Below, in pieces: positions 38,372 to 52,700 of a stretch of DNA of 64,000 nucleotides. The DNA is from an uncultured Bdellovibrio sp. (GTDB taxonomy: Bacteria > Bdellovibrionota > Bdellovibrionia > Bdellovibrionales > Bdellovibrionaceae). The translations under genes and the position numbers were made by a program. The DNA lies in NCBI GenBank assembly GCA_963932905.1, contig CAWVRN010000010.1, positions 32,001-96,000 of the forward strand. The letters run 5' to 3'. The stretch's first letter is position 1. The number at the start of each line of letters is the position of its first letter. The notes under the pieces were generated by a model. That model was not told the DNA's origin. It made no database searches and worked only from the letters and a program-made list of their open reading frames with translations.

Positions 38372-39031
38372 CTATTCTTTGTCGTCAGCTTCGTCTTCTT
38401 GATCTTTTTTCGGAGCTGCGTTTTTCTTTGGATGTTTCTTTTCGTATTCTTTGATCTTTGCTGGATCTGGCGCAAGCAACGTGTACATTTGCTTACCTTC
38501 GAAACGTGGCGTTGTTTCCACCATCGCTAAGTCTTCAACAAACGCGATCGCTTTTCTCATTAGTTCCATACCAAATTCTTGATGAGCTAATTCACGACCT
38601 AAGAAACGCATATTGATTTTAACCTTATCACCTTCCAGAAGGAAACTGCGAGCATGTTTCATTTTAGTTTCGAAATCGTGGATGTCCGTACGCGGGCGCA
38701 TTTGAATTTCTTTGATCACAATGACTGTCTGTTTTTTTCGAGACGCCGCTTGTTTCTTTTTATTTTCGTATTTCCACTTGCCGTAATCCATGATTTTGCA
38801 TGTTGGCGGCGTAGCCGTTGGAGCAATTTCTAACAAGTCCAGGCCTTTTTCTTCAGCGATACGAATTGCTTCAGGAACTGTCATCACGCCAAGCATTTGC
38901 CCTTCATCATCGATCACTCGAATTTGTTGAGCACGAATCTCGCGGTTAACACGAAGACCATCTTTGTCCTCTTTTTTCTTAAAACGATCGCCACCTTTTG
39001 AAAAACTACCTCTGTTTTCGAACTTATTAAT
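38372..39031 (-). CDS. infC: Translation initiation factor IF-3 (ATT start)
   Basis: RVNREIRA, PPTCKIMDYGK, KEIQMRP, GDKVK..FxGRE; in-frame ATT at 39031 preceded by GGAGG with a 6-nt spacer. Confidence 0.95.
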   Translation of the reverse strand: MNKFENRGSFSKGGDRFKKKEDKDGLRVNREIRAQQIRVIDDEGQMLGVMTVPEAIRIAEEKGLDLLEIAPTATPPTCKIMDYGKWKYENKKKQAASRKKQTVIVIKEIQMRPRTDIHDFETKMKHARSFLLEGDKVKINMRFLGRELAHQEFGMELMRKAIAFVEDLAMVETTPRFEGKQMYTLLAPDPAKIKEYEKKHPKKNAAPKKDQEDEADDKE

Positions 39032-39065
39032 GGGAAACCTCCACTTATATTGTTTAAAGCCTTTT

Positions 39066-39129
39066 AGGGTACCTCCTAACATTCTGGTACCCAGCGCGTC
39101 ACCTCAATGACACGCTGGGTACCAGAATG

Positions 39130-39143
<14 letters not shown>
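39066..39143. repeat. 31-bp perfect inverted repeat (36-bp RNA stem) at the thrS/infC junction
   Basis: AGGGTACCTCCTAACATTCTGGTACCCAGCG at 39066-39096 and its exact reverse complement at 39113-39143. Confidence 0.92.
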
Positions 39144-41070
<1,927 letters not shown>

Positions 41071-41225
41071 TAAGAAGCCGTTAACACTGTGAAAGAAGCT
41101 GATAAGATATTAGATAGATTCATCATTAAATAATGCGCCATTTTTCAGAAAAAGTAACATAAAGGGTTATCTTTTCAAATTCTTTAGCCAAGTGAGCACG
41201 GCGCGTCATTTTCAACGAAATCAGT

Positions 41226-43163
41226 TTAGACCAACCAAACCAGACGCATACGAACCATCCATTTATGAAGGGTGTCCACATTTTTCGCAATCCACACCTT
41301 AGCTGCGCCCAAGTTAGGGTGCGTACGGATCGCATGGTATTCATCAGATCCCCAAACGTGAGAATCTTGAATCAATTGATCCACAAAAGACTTAATCTTT
41401 GCCGAATGATCTGGGCTGACGATAAACAGCCCTAATTCTGAGTTCAAAAACTGTGAACGAGGGTCGGCATTGTACGTTGTTACGAACGAAGCCTCCAGCG
41501 ATTTCATGTGCGCACCTTTAGCATGCAATTTCCCATAGGCTTTATCGCCGCCAATGTCTTTAGAATCCAAGCGGCCATATTCATACAGCTCGACCTGTTC
41601 AGCTCCGTAAGACTTAGTCTCGCCCTCAGCAGTTAAATATTCACGGTTTAACACCAATTGAGGCCCTAGGGTCGCGTCCACCAGAGTTTGCGCCGCCATA
41701 TTGTCACTGGTCATAATGGAATTCGTTACGATCGTAAGTTTGCGCTCTGGATCGCTGCCCAGCCAACGTTTGATACGGCTGACTTGTTCCGGTGATAACC
41801 ATAAATAGGGCGATACAATGGTAATATGTTTATCTTCCGACGATAAGTATTGATCCAACTCCTTATTGATATGATTCATATTCAATCCACGTCGTTTTTT
41901 CCCCGAAGCTTCATAAGGACTTTGATTTGTATCACGCATGACATTGTCGATAGTGTAGGATAAATCTACGCCACCTTTATCAAAACCTTCAGTTAAATAC
42001 CGTTTACCAAAATCGGCTGAAGCGAAATCTTCCCCCAGCAATTCTTGCGATTCTTTTGTGATTTCGTCCACCGTCTTTGCGGCAGAATCCATCAAGGCAT
42101 AGTGTTTTTTAAATTTCATGAAACGACTGACAATATTAGTACTGACCACACGGTTACCAGAATGGAAGTATAACAAATCATACAAACTGCCGATATCCGT
42201 CGTGATCACGTTACGATGTTGGCCGCGAACCAAGCTGGGGTTGTTTTTCACTATCACTTCCAAATCTGTAAATGTGTTTTCATCTACTTTAGGAATGCCG
42301 TAATAGTGGTTCCCAACGTTTCGACCACCAACGATGGCAACAGCCAGTTCTGGAAAATTCTGATCCGTAATTAAAATTTTATCATGCGAACGATGGTTAG
42401 GATTTACAAAGATAGTGTCTAGTTCTGGTTTACCAAACATTTTTAAAAATGAGTTCACTAATCCACGCATTGTTTTACGAACGACCCCCACAGCCAACTG
42501 AGTTGGGTTAAGTGATCGGAACGATACGATTTCAACTCGGGCCTTTTGATCAGTGATGTTACCGTATTTATCTTTCATGAAACCGGCATTTTTTTCAGCG
42601 AAATCCACTAAAGCTTTAAATTCTGGATGAGTTAATCCCGCAGGATTAAAAGACCCCATTGAGTCAAACATGAAACGAACAGAAACACCCCGACGGATAG
42701 CTTCTTTTAATTCGTTTAAAATAACATAGCCACTTTCATCATTCTTATAAATATAATAGGTTAAATCGACCGTGTACTTTGCTTGACGAATCATCATGAT
42801 TTTAGCCAACAAAGCTTCCTGAGGTCCATTAACCTGCTTTACCAGGGCTTCTCTTAAAGCTAAATCTTTCTTGAATGCTTCTTTTAACTGCGTGTGGTTT
42901 GCAAACCATGACTTGAATTCACGCGTGTCTAGCATCTTCTCGACACCAGAACGCTCATCTGATTCTTTATCTAATTTGAATTTAAAGACAGTCTTAAGCA
43001 TCGTACGGAGGTTGCCATCAGCACGTGATTCCATACGAGATTTATGAAAAAGAAGGGCCCTATCACCAGAATAGAATTGCCGACATTCTGACGCCGCCCC
43101 ATGAGCGAACTGGACCAGCGGCAGGACGACTAGGATTAAAAATAGGAATTTTAGCTTTTTCAT
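41226..43163 (-). CDS. Secreted phospholipase D superfamily protein (ClsC/YmdC-like)
   Basis: Signal peptide; HDKILITD..GGRN; second motif LHAK....(no D)..TYNADPRS..LNSE. Confidence 0.82.
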   Translation of the reverse strand: MKKLKFLFLILVVLPLVQFAHGAASECRQFYSGDRALLFHKSRMESRADGNLRTMLKTVFKFKLDKESDERSGVEKMLDTREFKSWFANHTQLKEAFKKDLALREALVKQVNGPQEALLAKIMMIRQAKYTVDLTYYIYKNDESGYVILNELKEAIRRGVSVRFMFDSMGSFNPAGLTHPEFKALVDFAEKNAGFMKDKYGNITDQKARVEIVSFRSLNPTQLAVGVVRKTMRGLVNSFLKMFGKPELDTIFVNPNHRSHDKILITDQNFPELAVAIVGGRNVGNHYYGIPKVDENTFTDLEVIVKNNPSLVRGQHRNVITTDIGSLYDLLYFHSGNRVVSTNIVSRFMKFKKHYALMDSAAKTVDEITKESQELLGEDFASADFGKRYLTEGFDKGGVDLSYTIDNVMRDTNQSPYEASGKKRRGLNMNHINKELDQYLSSEDKHITIVSPYLWLSPEQVSRIKRWLGSDPERKLTIVTNSIMTSDNMAAQTLVDATLGPQLVLNREYLTAEGETKSYGAEQVELYEYGRLDSKDIGGDKAYGKLHAKGAHMKSLEASFVTTYNADPRSQFLNSELGLFIVSPDHSAKIKSFVDQLIQDSHVWGSDEYHAIRTHPNLGAAKVWIAKNVDTLHKWMVRMRLVWLV

Positions 43164-43177
43164 TCTAAAAAGAGAAC

Positions 43178-43193
43178 TGCCAAAGGCATACCT
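43178..43193 (-). promoter_or_regulatory. Possible sigma54 promoter (PLD gene)
   Basis: Minus strand AGGTAT-GCCTT-TGGCA, GG-N10-GC spacing. Confidence 0.3.
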
Positions 43194-43272
43194 TAATAAA
43201 ATGAATTTTACGCGGTAATGATGATTTAAAACTGTCTAAAGTTTTAATAACTTTTGCGCAACTGTCTTAAAA

Positions 43273-43911
43273 TTAGACAACTCGAGAGATAAACTGCAGT
43301 CCACCGATCCAACACTTGTCTCGGCACTGAGTCCAAGCGACTCGCGATTGCATACGAATTTTTTTACCGTCGTGGCTGACGTAATCGAGGACTACGAAGT
43401 CTTTCTTCTTGAACGATTCGTCGTTCATTTCGATGCGAGCACCATGAGCACTAAAGTGACTCACATTAACTCTAACGGCGTCATCTTCGCCTGACAATAA
43501 ACTTAAAGTTCCACTGGTAAGTACTTGAAATCGCTCCCAACGGCGAAACAAAGGCTCTGGATTATGAAAAAATCGCTTTAATAAAATGTTGGTGATATTA
43601 CGCTCTTCGGGGCTAATCAAAAGGATCTCTGATCCATGCAGTTTATTGATGATCGGCGATGGTTTTAGAGTTTGATAAAACACGATGAATTTAATTTTTT
43701 TTCCATATCGCTCGCCCATGGACTTTAATTCAAGGTATTTTTTCTCGTTCACCTCTGAAAGTTCCATCAGGAAATGACGGGCCTTATCGGCGGGCTGACC
43801 AAGGATACTTTTTAGAGTATCCTCATCAGGAACGGATTGAATGTTCCATTTTGAGATGACGTTAACGAGAGAACTATTTTGAGTCTGATGACCAAGCCAA
43901 TATGCATTCAT
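43273..43911 (-). CDS. PilZ-domain protein
   Basis: RRWER (RxxxR), HFSAHG (degenerate [D/N]xSxxG), VAW...GLQF. Confidence 0.75.
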   Translation of the reverse strand: MNAYWLGHQTQNSSLVNVISKWNIQSVPDEDTLKSILGQPADKARHFLMELSEVNEKKYLELKSMGERYGKKIKFIVFYQTLKPSPIINKLHGSEILLISPEERNITNILLKRFFHNPEPLFRRWERFQVLTSGTLSLLSGEDDAVRVNVSHFSAHGARIEMNDESFKKKDFVVLDYVSHDGKKIRMQSRVAWTQCRDKCWIGGLQFISRVV

Positions 43912-43924
43912 ATATTGATAAGAA

Positions 43925-43940
43925 GCAAAGTGGGTTCCTA
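43925..43940 (-). promoter_or_regulatory. Possible sigma54 promoter (PilZ gene)
   Basis: Minus strand TAGGAAC-CCACT-TTGC, GG-N10-GC, 13 nt before the ATG. Confidence 0.4.
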
Positions 43941-44042
43941 GTTAAAAATACTCTAGTTGAACTGGATGTAATTTTGTAGACAGTTGTCATGGAATAAAAA
44001 ACACCCCACATACTTTAGGCGAACCATTTCGATCGGTTCAAA

Positions 44043-45968
44043 TTACTCTTGCGCCAAATCTAGACAAACTAACTCTTCAAGCTCGGCAATCTGCTCTGAA
44101 ACATCCAAGGTATTGGTTAAATCGTATTTAATAAACTCAGACGAAGAAGCCATGGGCGCTAATCCGTAGAGCTTGCGACTGTCTCTAGAGAAATGAAGTT
44201 TCACCCCTGTAGCGCTGCCAGGAAAAATCCTCACTGTCTTTAAACTCTTTCGGCTGACCACAAAAACACGTACTAAATTGGGATCATTGACTGCAAACCA
44301 CTGACCATCGGGACTCAACGCCAGATTAAAATCCTGTTGAATGCGACACATCTTGAACCGATCCACGGGTGACCAGGATTTTACGTCGTAAACCAAAATT
44401 TGAAATCGAAAATTTTCATAGCCCACTACCCACAAAGTTTGACCATCGTCCCCAAGTTGCAGACTGGATGGACTAAAATCAGCCAGCGGTGTAGTTTTTA
44501 TGATCTTATTTGTATCCCCAATATCGATAATTGCGATTTCATTTTTGGTCGCGTTCACTGCATAGAGCTCGCTGCGCAAGGGATTTATCTGAAACCCGAT
44601 CGACCGCCCAAACGGTTGACCAGCAGCACCGTCGACCTCTGAGTCTAAGGCAATAGTCTTTAACACAGATTTCGTTTGAACATCGATCACTGATACTGAA
44701 TTATCAGCCCCATTTATCACAAAAGCACGAGTCTCATCTGGACTCAAAAAAACATCTCGGGGAAATCGCCCTAATGAAATAGACGCCTCGACCTCACCAG
44801 ATACTAAATTTACAAATGTAGCCTGGTCGCGCACCATCGAAGTTACAATGGCCCAAGATTCACCTTTGTTGACTGCGACTCCCGCCGCTCCTTGACCACG
44901 ACATAGATTATCCGAACATCCAGAACTCCTATCTTTTGGAAATCTCTGACCTTGAATAGTTTTGATAACTTTAAGATTTTCGATATCGACAACATAGAGT
45001 GCATTTGAGTTGATATCTGTTAGATAGGCACGATCTAGTTTTTCATTAAAAACTATTTCCTCTCCACCCGTAAGACTTAGTTTTTTTCCCTCTGCACGTT
45101 CACGACTGACTCCGGGAAGAAAGGAACGTTTTTCTAGTTCTGCCATTTCCGCATAGGCTTTGATTTTTAAAATGCGAGCCCGTTGTCGCTGAATAAAACT
45201 CAATTCTTCACTAACAGACTGATAGGCCGATTCCAGCCGTTCGCTGGAATTCCCCCGTAGCAAAAGAGACAACCCCGACACCGCAATCAAAACAACCAAC
45301 CAAGAACGAAAGCGACTTAGGATTAAAGACGGTAGCGGAATCAAAAAACCAAAGGCGATCAACATACCCGATACTAACCCGCCCACATGACAGGCGTTAT
45401 CAACACCGGAAATTGCAAAACCCATGACCAGATTAATACCCACAACCTTAAGCAAGGCCTGAAAATCCACTCGAAGAGATGACTCTCCATCGATGACATT
45501 TTGTTCTACTACTTTTAATTTTGAAAATAGACTATGCACCAAACAAGCACCTGATATACCCATCAATGCACCAGACGCGCCAACACTGACGATGTAGTTA
45601 GCATCTGCCCAGTGTCCATACCATAGAGCACTAGTAAGCGATGCAAACAATCCACTCAGAACATAAATCAACAGAAATCGCGAACTCCCCCAAATCATTT
45701 CAGCCAGAATCCCGATCTGGAAAAGCATGAACATATTCAATGCCAGATGAAGCAGTCCACCATGCATAAACAGGGAGGTAAAAAGTCGCCATGGCTGCCC
45801 TAATAAACTAAGAGGAGCTATATTACCTCCCCAATAAATCAAATCTAAAGGCACCGGAGAAATAGCGCTGACACCATAAAAAACTAAAGTGGAATAAACA
45901 GCGACGTTTACTAAAATTATCCAATTTGACATCCAAGAAAAAAATGTCCTAAACGAACCCAACAACAT
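44043..45968 (-). CDS. Rhomboid intramembrane serine protease fused to YVTN/YncE-type beta-propeller
   Basis: WRLFTSLFMH..LLHL..NM, GASG (Ser), DNxxHxGG (His); C-terminal GRFPRDV.LSPD..RAFVxN...NSVSVID repeats. Confidence 0.82.
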   Translation of the reverse strand: MLLGSFRTFFSWMSNWIILVNVAVYSTLVFYGVSAISPVPLDLIYWGGNIAPLSLLGQPWRLFTSLFMHGGLLHLALNMFMLFQIGILAEMIWGSSRFLLIYVLSGLFASLTSALWYGHWADANYIVSVGASGALMGISGACLVHSLFSKLKVVEQNVIDGESSLRVDFQALLKVVGINLVMGFAISGVDNACHVGGLVSGMLIAFGFLIPLPSLILSRFRSWLVVLIAVSGLSLLLRGNSSERLESAYQSVSEELSFIQRQRARILKIKAYAEMAELEKRSFLPGVSRERAEGKKLSLTGGEEIVFNEKLDRAYLTDINSNALYVVDIENLKVIKTIQGQRFPKDRSSGCSDNLCRGQGAAGVAVNKGESWAIVTSMVRDQATFVNLVSGEVEASISLGRFPRDVFLSPDETRAFVINGADNSVSVIDVQTKSVLKTIALDSEVDGAAGQPFGRSIGFQINPLRSELYAVNATKNEIAIIDIGDTNKIIKTTPLADFSPSSLQLGDDGQTLWVVGYENFRFQILVYDVKSWSPVDRFKMCRIQQDFNLALSPDGQWFAVNDPNLVRVFVVSRKSLKTVRIFPGSATGVKLHFSRDSRKLYGLAPMASSSEFIKYDLTNTLDVSEQIAELEELVCLDLAQE

Positions 45969-46010
45969 CCCTCCCTACCAACGAAAAAATTAAAACCAAG
46001 AACTACCAAT

Positions 46011-46040
46011 AAAAAAGGCTTCCCACAGGAAGCCTTTTTT
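46011..46040 (-). terminator. Rho-independent terminator of the act operon
   Basis: AAAAAAGGCTTCC-CACA-GGAAGCCTTTTTT. Confidence 0.85.
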
Positions 46041-46113
46041 AACAATTCAGAGGTTTAAAATTTTAAAAACTAAAAACCCTTATCTTCGATCAATAAAAAT
46101 GACGAATAAAAAT

Positions 46114-47310
46114 TTAGTATGTCACGTGATGGTTGATCGCTTCGTGTAGACGTGGATCTTTCAAAGCTACCATAGAGTGTTTCTTGAAGAATGACGTTAC
46201 ACCCAACAAGAACAAACCTAAGAAACCAAGGAACAGTCCGATTTCAAGGAAGCCGAATTTGATTAGACCATCATTGAAGTTCGGATAAACCATCCAGTAG
46301 ATGTCCACATACTGCATAACCAGAATCAAGACAGAAACTGCAATCACGTGATTTTCGTTACGTTTTAGACCGCGAGGTAACAAAGCGATAAACGGAACAA
46401 TGAATCTAAAGATCAATAGCAAGAAAGAAATTGCCAACCAGCCATTTTGTGACCGCATGATGTAGTATTCAGTTTCTTCTGGGATATTGGCATACCAGAT
46501 CAACATGAACTGAGAGAACGCGATGTAAGCCCAAAATACAGTGAAACCTTTCATGAATTTCACGATATCATGTTGGTGTTCTACAGTGACGTAGCCTTTT
46601 ACAAAGCCAGCGCGCTTGATAAAGATAATCATCAATGCAAGAACTGCAAACGTTGACTGGAACATACCCGCAAAACAGTAGATACCAAAAATTGTAGAAT
46701 ACCAAGTTGGCAACAACGACATTAACAAGTCTACGCTGAAGAACGAGAAAGACAAAGCAAAGAACGCCACAAACGCGATGGAAATACCGACGTTTTTAAG
46801 AGTCAATTGATGATCGCCCGATTGATCTTGGTGTAATGAATTGCCAACGATGAACCATTTGAATGCAAACCAACCAAGGCAGCAGATCACAATACGTGTC
46901 GCCATAAATGGAACATTCAAATAAGCTGTTTTCGCTTTGATCAACGCGGATGAATTGATCACGTCCTCATGAGTCCAAGAGAATAGTACTTTTGAGCCTA
47001 ACAACAAAATCAAACCACCGACTAAGATAAATGGAATGAATGAAGTCATCGCTTCGGCATAACGACGAATCGAAGATGACCAACCCGCTTTAGTGATGTG
47101 TTGGATTGCTGCGAAGAACAAACCACCCAAACCTAAGCAAGAAAAGTAGAAGAACGACACTAAGTAACTGGTCCACGTTCTACCTTCATTAAGGAACAAA
47201 CCTAAACCGAACGAAATAAGTCCGATACCGATCAAACCAAGGATCAAAACCTTCAATGTGCTTGAAGTATCAAATGGTTTTACTTGTAAATCATGAGAGT
47301 GACTAGCCAT
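46114..47310 (-). CDS. actF: Alternative complex III membrane subunit ActF
   Basis: Polytopic membrane protein; D..MSL.P.WYST, FWAY..FSQFMLIWYANIPEET. Confidence 0.88.
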   Translation of the reverse strand: MASHSHDLQVKPFDTSSTLKVLILGLIGIGLISFGLGLFLNEGRTWTSYLVSFFYFSCLGLGGLFFAAIQHITKAGWSSSIRRYAEAMTSFIPFILVGGLILLLGSKVLFSWTHEDVINSSALIKAKTAYLNVPFMATRIVICCLGWFAFKWFIVGNSLHQDQSGDHQLTLKNVGISIAFVAFFALSFSFFSVDLLMSLLPTWYSTIFGIYCFAGMFQSTFAVLALMIIFIKRAGFVKGYVTVEHQHDIVKFMKGFTVFWAYIAFSQFMLIWYANIPEETEYYIMRSQNGWLAISFLLLIFRFIVPFIALLPRGLKRNENHVIAVSVLILVMQYVDIYWMVYPNFNDGLIKFGFLEIGLFLGFLGLFLLGVTSFFKKHSMVALKDPRLHEAINHHVTY

Positions 47311-47318
47311 AGATATTC

Positions 47319-47888
47319 CTACTTCTTATAATTTTTTTGTAAGTGTCTGATGTAATTAACTAACTGCCAACGGTACTTTTGAGGTACATGATTCGCGTAC
47401 GGGCCCATCATGCCTTGTCCACGCGAAATCACGTAGTACAAGCGTACATCAGACCAACCACTGACCTTATCATTAGTGATAACCGGTGGTTTTAAAGCCA
47501 TGAGTTCAGTAATTCTGTTTTTGGCTTCAACGCCGCCTTCGCCTTTGTGTCCATGGCAAAGTGCACAGTTCGTTTCATAGAATTTTTGACCTGTCCAAAG
47601 AACGTCTTTAGACATGTCACCCGCAATTGGGTTTTTCATTTCTTTTTCAGCCACAGCTAAATCATCAAGTGGTTCAGAAACGAATCCCACAGGAACAGTT
47701 CCTTTTACAGGTTCACGTCCGCTGATGTGATTAGGTGTGCTTGGATCGTACTCTTGAGGCTTGATGGCTGGTGATTCCATCATGTCTTGAATCAGATCAA
47801 AGTTCGGTTTGCTTTTGTCGAAATGGCACGCAGTTAATCCACTCACTGTAACTAATACTGCTGCCGCATTTAGAAGAAGAGATTTCAT
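47319..47888 (-). CDS. actE: Alternative complex III monoheme cytochrome c lipoprotein ActE
   Basis: Lipobox GLTA-C; DM..SP; CALCH; G.G.M..Y; RW..V.YIR.LQ. Confidence 0.86.
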   Translation of the reverse strand: MKSLLLNAAAVLVTVSGLTACHFDKSKPNFDLIQDMMESPAIKPQEYDPSTPNHISGREPVKGTVPVGFVSEPLDDLAVAEKEMKNPIAGDMSKDVLWTGQKFYETNCALCHGHKGEGGVEAKNRITELMALKPPVITNDKVSGWSDVRLYYVISRGQGMMGPYANHVPQKYRWQLVNYIRHLQKNYKK

Positions 47889-48411
47889 TAGTACGCCTCA
47901 ACTTTCTTAACGGATTCCGCGCCCAAACCTTTGTAGAAAGTTTCAAGCTTTTTGGCTTCATAACCCGTTTCGTTTTCAGGAACAAAAATAGCAAATTTAT
48001 GTGATGTTAAATCGGGATCGATCGTCGGTGGATCAACACGTGGAATACCACAGTGATAAAACAAAGCGCCTACTGAACATAAAGCCGCAAACAATACCGT
48101 TAATTCGAACATGATCGGAATAAACGCCGGTAATGAAAACGGTGGTTTACCCCCGACATTGATTGGCCAGTCATAAACAGACGTGTACCAAGTTAGCGCT
48201 AAAGCAGATAACAAACCAGTAGTGCCCGCAACAAATGTTACATACGGGATACTTGAGCGTTTGATTCCACACGCTTCTTCCATTCCGTGAATTGGGTATG
48301 GCGAGATCGCTTCGAATTTTGTCATACCAAGATCGCGAGACTTTCTAGCGGCCTCAAGGATTTGGTGTTCTTCAGTAAAAATAGCGGCAAGGCCTGGCAT
48401 CAACTTAGCCA

Positions 48412-48412
<1 letters not shown>
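47888..48412 (-). CDS. actD: Alternative complex III subunit ActD (DUF3341)
   Basis: SPYPIHG, DWPINVGGKP, PAFIPIMFELTVL. Confidence 0.9.
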
Positions 48413-49787
<1,375 letters not shown>

Positions 49788-49788
<1 letters not shown>

Positions 49789-52700
49789 TAGTGACCACCT
49801 TCGTGAGCGCCTGACGCAGCAATTTGGTCTTTACCGTTATTTCTAATTTTAGCTTGGTATCTAACTGAAGGAGCCGCATGCCATTCTTCAAGAAGCGCAT
49901 AAGATCTTTCGTTTTTGAATAATTTAGAAACTTGCGAGTTAGCGTCATTCATATCACCAAACACGATAGCATCGGTTGGACATGAAGTTTGACATGCTGT
50001 TTTGATTTCGCCGTCTTTTAATGGGCGATTTTCAAGTTTCGCATTGTTTTTACCTTCTTTGATTCTTTGTACGCAGAATGTACATTTTTCCATAACCCCG
50101 CGGACACGAACGCCCACATCTGGGTTCAAGGCCATGTTACCCGGAGCTGTGATTTTCTTAGCGTAGTTGAACCAGTTGAAACGACGAACTTTGTATGGAC
50201 AGTTGTTCGAGCAATAACGAGTTCCTACGCAGCGGTTGTATACCATTTCGTTTAGACCTTCGCTTGAGTGAACCGTCGCAAGAACCGGACATACTGTTTC
50301 ACAAGGCGCATTATCACAGTGTTGACACATGACTGGTTGGAATACGGCATGAGCATCTTCTGGTTTTCCAGTGTAGTAACGATCGATGCGGATCCAGTGC
50401 ATTTCACGACCTTGCATAACGTATTTCTTACCAACTACTGGGATGTTATTTTCAGACTGGCAAGCCGTCATACAGGCAGAGCAACCTGTGCATGAATTTA
50501 GATCAATCGCCATACCCCATTTGTGTCCGTTGTACTGATGTCCAGACCATACTGACCAAATTGGATGTTTATGAATGATGTGATCTTTTTTAGTTTGATA
50601 TTCTTTTAGAGTCGCTTCAACAACGATTTGACGACCTTCCATTGAATGGTGCGTCTGTGTGTGAGCGATTTCATATTTTTTACCAGTTACTTTTACTTCG
50701 GCTTTAACGCCTGCGAAAAGAACTTGGCCTTTTTCATTAGTTTGAACTAATTCGTAGGCATTTTTACCGATACCGTTACCGACTGAACCTACATGTGTAC
50801 GTCCGTAACCAACTGCGATCGCGATGACGTCATCTTGCAAACCGGGTTGAACTAGCACTGGCAATTCCATTTTGTCTTTGCCAACAGTGATTTCGATCAG
50901 ACTGCCTTCTTTAACTTTTAATTTCGCAGCCGCTGCAATTGAAATCGAAGCGTAGTTATCCCAAACTGCTTTAGTCACTGGATCTGGAAGTTCATGTAAC
51001 CAACCGATGTTAGCTTGAGAACCCATACCGTCACCAAATTGGCTAGTTGGATATAGAACTAATTCCCAGCCTTCAACGGCCGCTGGTTTTTTCAAATCTG
51101 TTAAACTTGATACCGAGAAACTGCGTGAACCATCAGAGCCTTCAACGTCACCGATAGATCCTGTTTGAAGAAGATCTTGCCAGTTTTTATCGAAGCTTGA
51201 ACCTTTACCATGCTTAGGGAAAATTTCTGTTTTCCAGTAATTTTTCAAGTAGTCATAGTACGATTCAAATTCTTGAATGCGCTTAGGTCCCACTTTAGCT
51301 TGGAAGCACCAGTTCATTAACGTGATCTGCATGCTTTGCGTATCATACATAGGTTTGATCGCCGGTTGTTGGATCGCGAATACTCCCGATACCATTTCCG
51401 CGTCACCCCAGTTTTCCATTGAGTGATTTTCAGGAAGTACGTAATTCGCCCACATTGCCGTTTCGTTCATACGATCGCCGATGTAAACGACTGTTTCTAC
51501 GTTTTTCAAATGTTCTTGGAATTCTGCCTTAGCTGGCAAGCCGTAAGCAGGGTTCACACCGTGAATAACAAGAGTTTTAACTTTCTTGTTTTTCATCGCA
51601 TCGATCAATGAAGTCATATCAGCGTGTGATGCTGATGATGTCATTGAACGTTTGTGCTGAACGGTTTTGCCATCATTTTCTAAAGCTGAGTTTAATAAGT
51701 TCACTACAACTTGAAGTGCTAATGATGTTTCTGATTGAGTTTTCAAACCACCCGCCACAACTAACGATTCGCCTTTAGCGTCCCATAAGTCTTTAGCGAT
51801 TTCTTTCAATAATGCTGGTTCGATATTTAAACCTTCAGCTGGGTTACCGAATGAATTCAACCAGTTCTTAACATCAGAATTACCTGCGTAGGATGATTTA
51901 CCTTGTTTCACGATCAATTCTTGCGCTAACGCCACCGCCACTTTTAATTGTTGCGATGGTTTAATACGAACGCGGATATCCGCGTTGGCGCCAGTTAACG
52001 AGTAGTTCGAATCAAATGCCACCATACGTGACATGTTTGCTAGATCTTTACGAGTTTTTGAGTATTGCTTAGTAAATACCGTTGGCGCAATCCAAGTTCC
52101 CAAGAAGTCAGCATCGATCGACACTGTCATTTTCGATTTATCGAAACGGTAGAACGGAAGGACATCAGTGCCGTAAGATGCTTTTTGGCCCTTACGAACA
52201 TCGTCATTCGCTAAAACTTCCCACGCTACGTGAGTCGCTTTGAAACCCTCAGAGAAATCTTTAACGATCGCTTGAGTTGATGGCGATACAATGTTTCCAG
52301 TTAGAACGTAAACGCCACCTTTTTTCAAAGATTCTACGATCGCCGTATCTGCGTTTTCCCAAGAGACAGAGATTGTGTCTTTGTTTGTGCGTTTTTCATT
52401 GAACAAGTTTTTCTTAGGCGCTGTTAAACGATCTAAGTCATATAATGATAGAATATGAGCTTGTGAACGAACGCTTGTTCCACCTTGATTTAATGGATTG
52501 TTCGTTAAGCTTTCCAATTTTATAGGACGACCTTCGCGTGTTTTAATCAAAACACCAAGGCTTTCTTGCCCATCAAAGAATGTAGATGTGTAGAAGTTAG
52601 GAACGCCGAACGTTACTTCTTCTGGTTGTTTATTATAAGGAACGATTTTTTGAACTGGGCGACGGATGCAGCTGGCAGTTGAAAGCGCCATTGAAGCACC

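Noticed and set aside
39032..39082. ATG-start extension of infC
   Set aside because: The ATG is inside the long hairpin; an SD-supported ATT at 39031 is the better start
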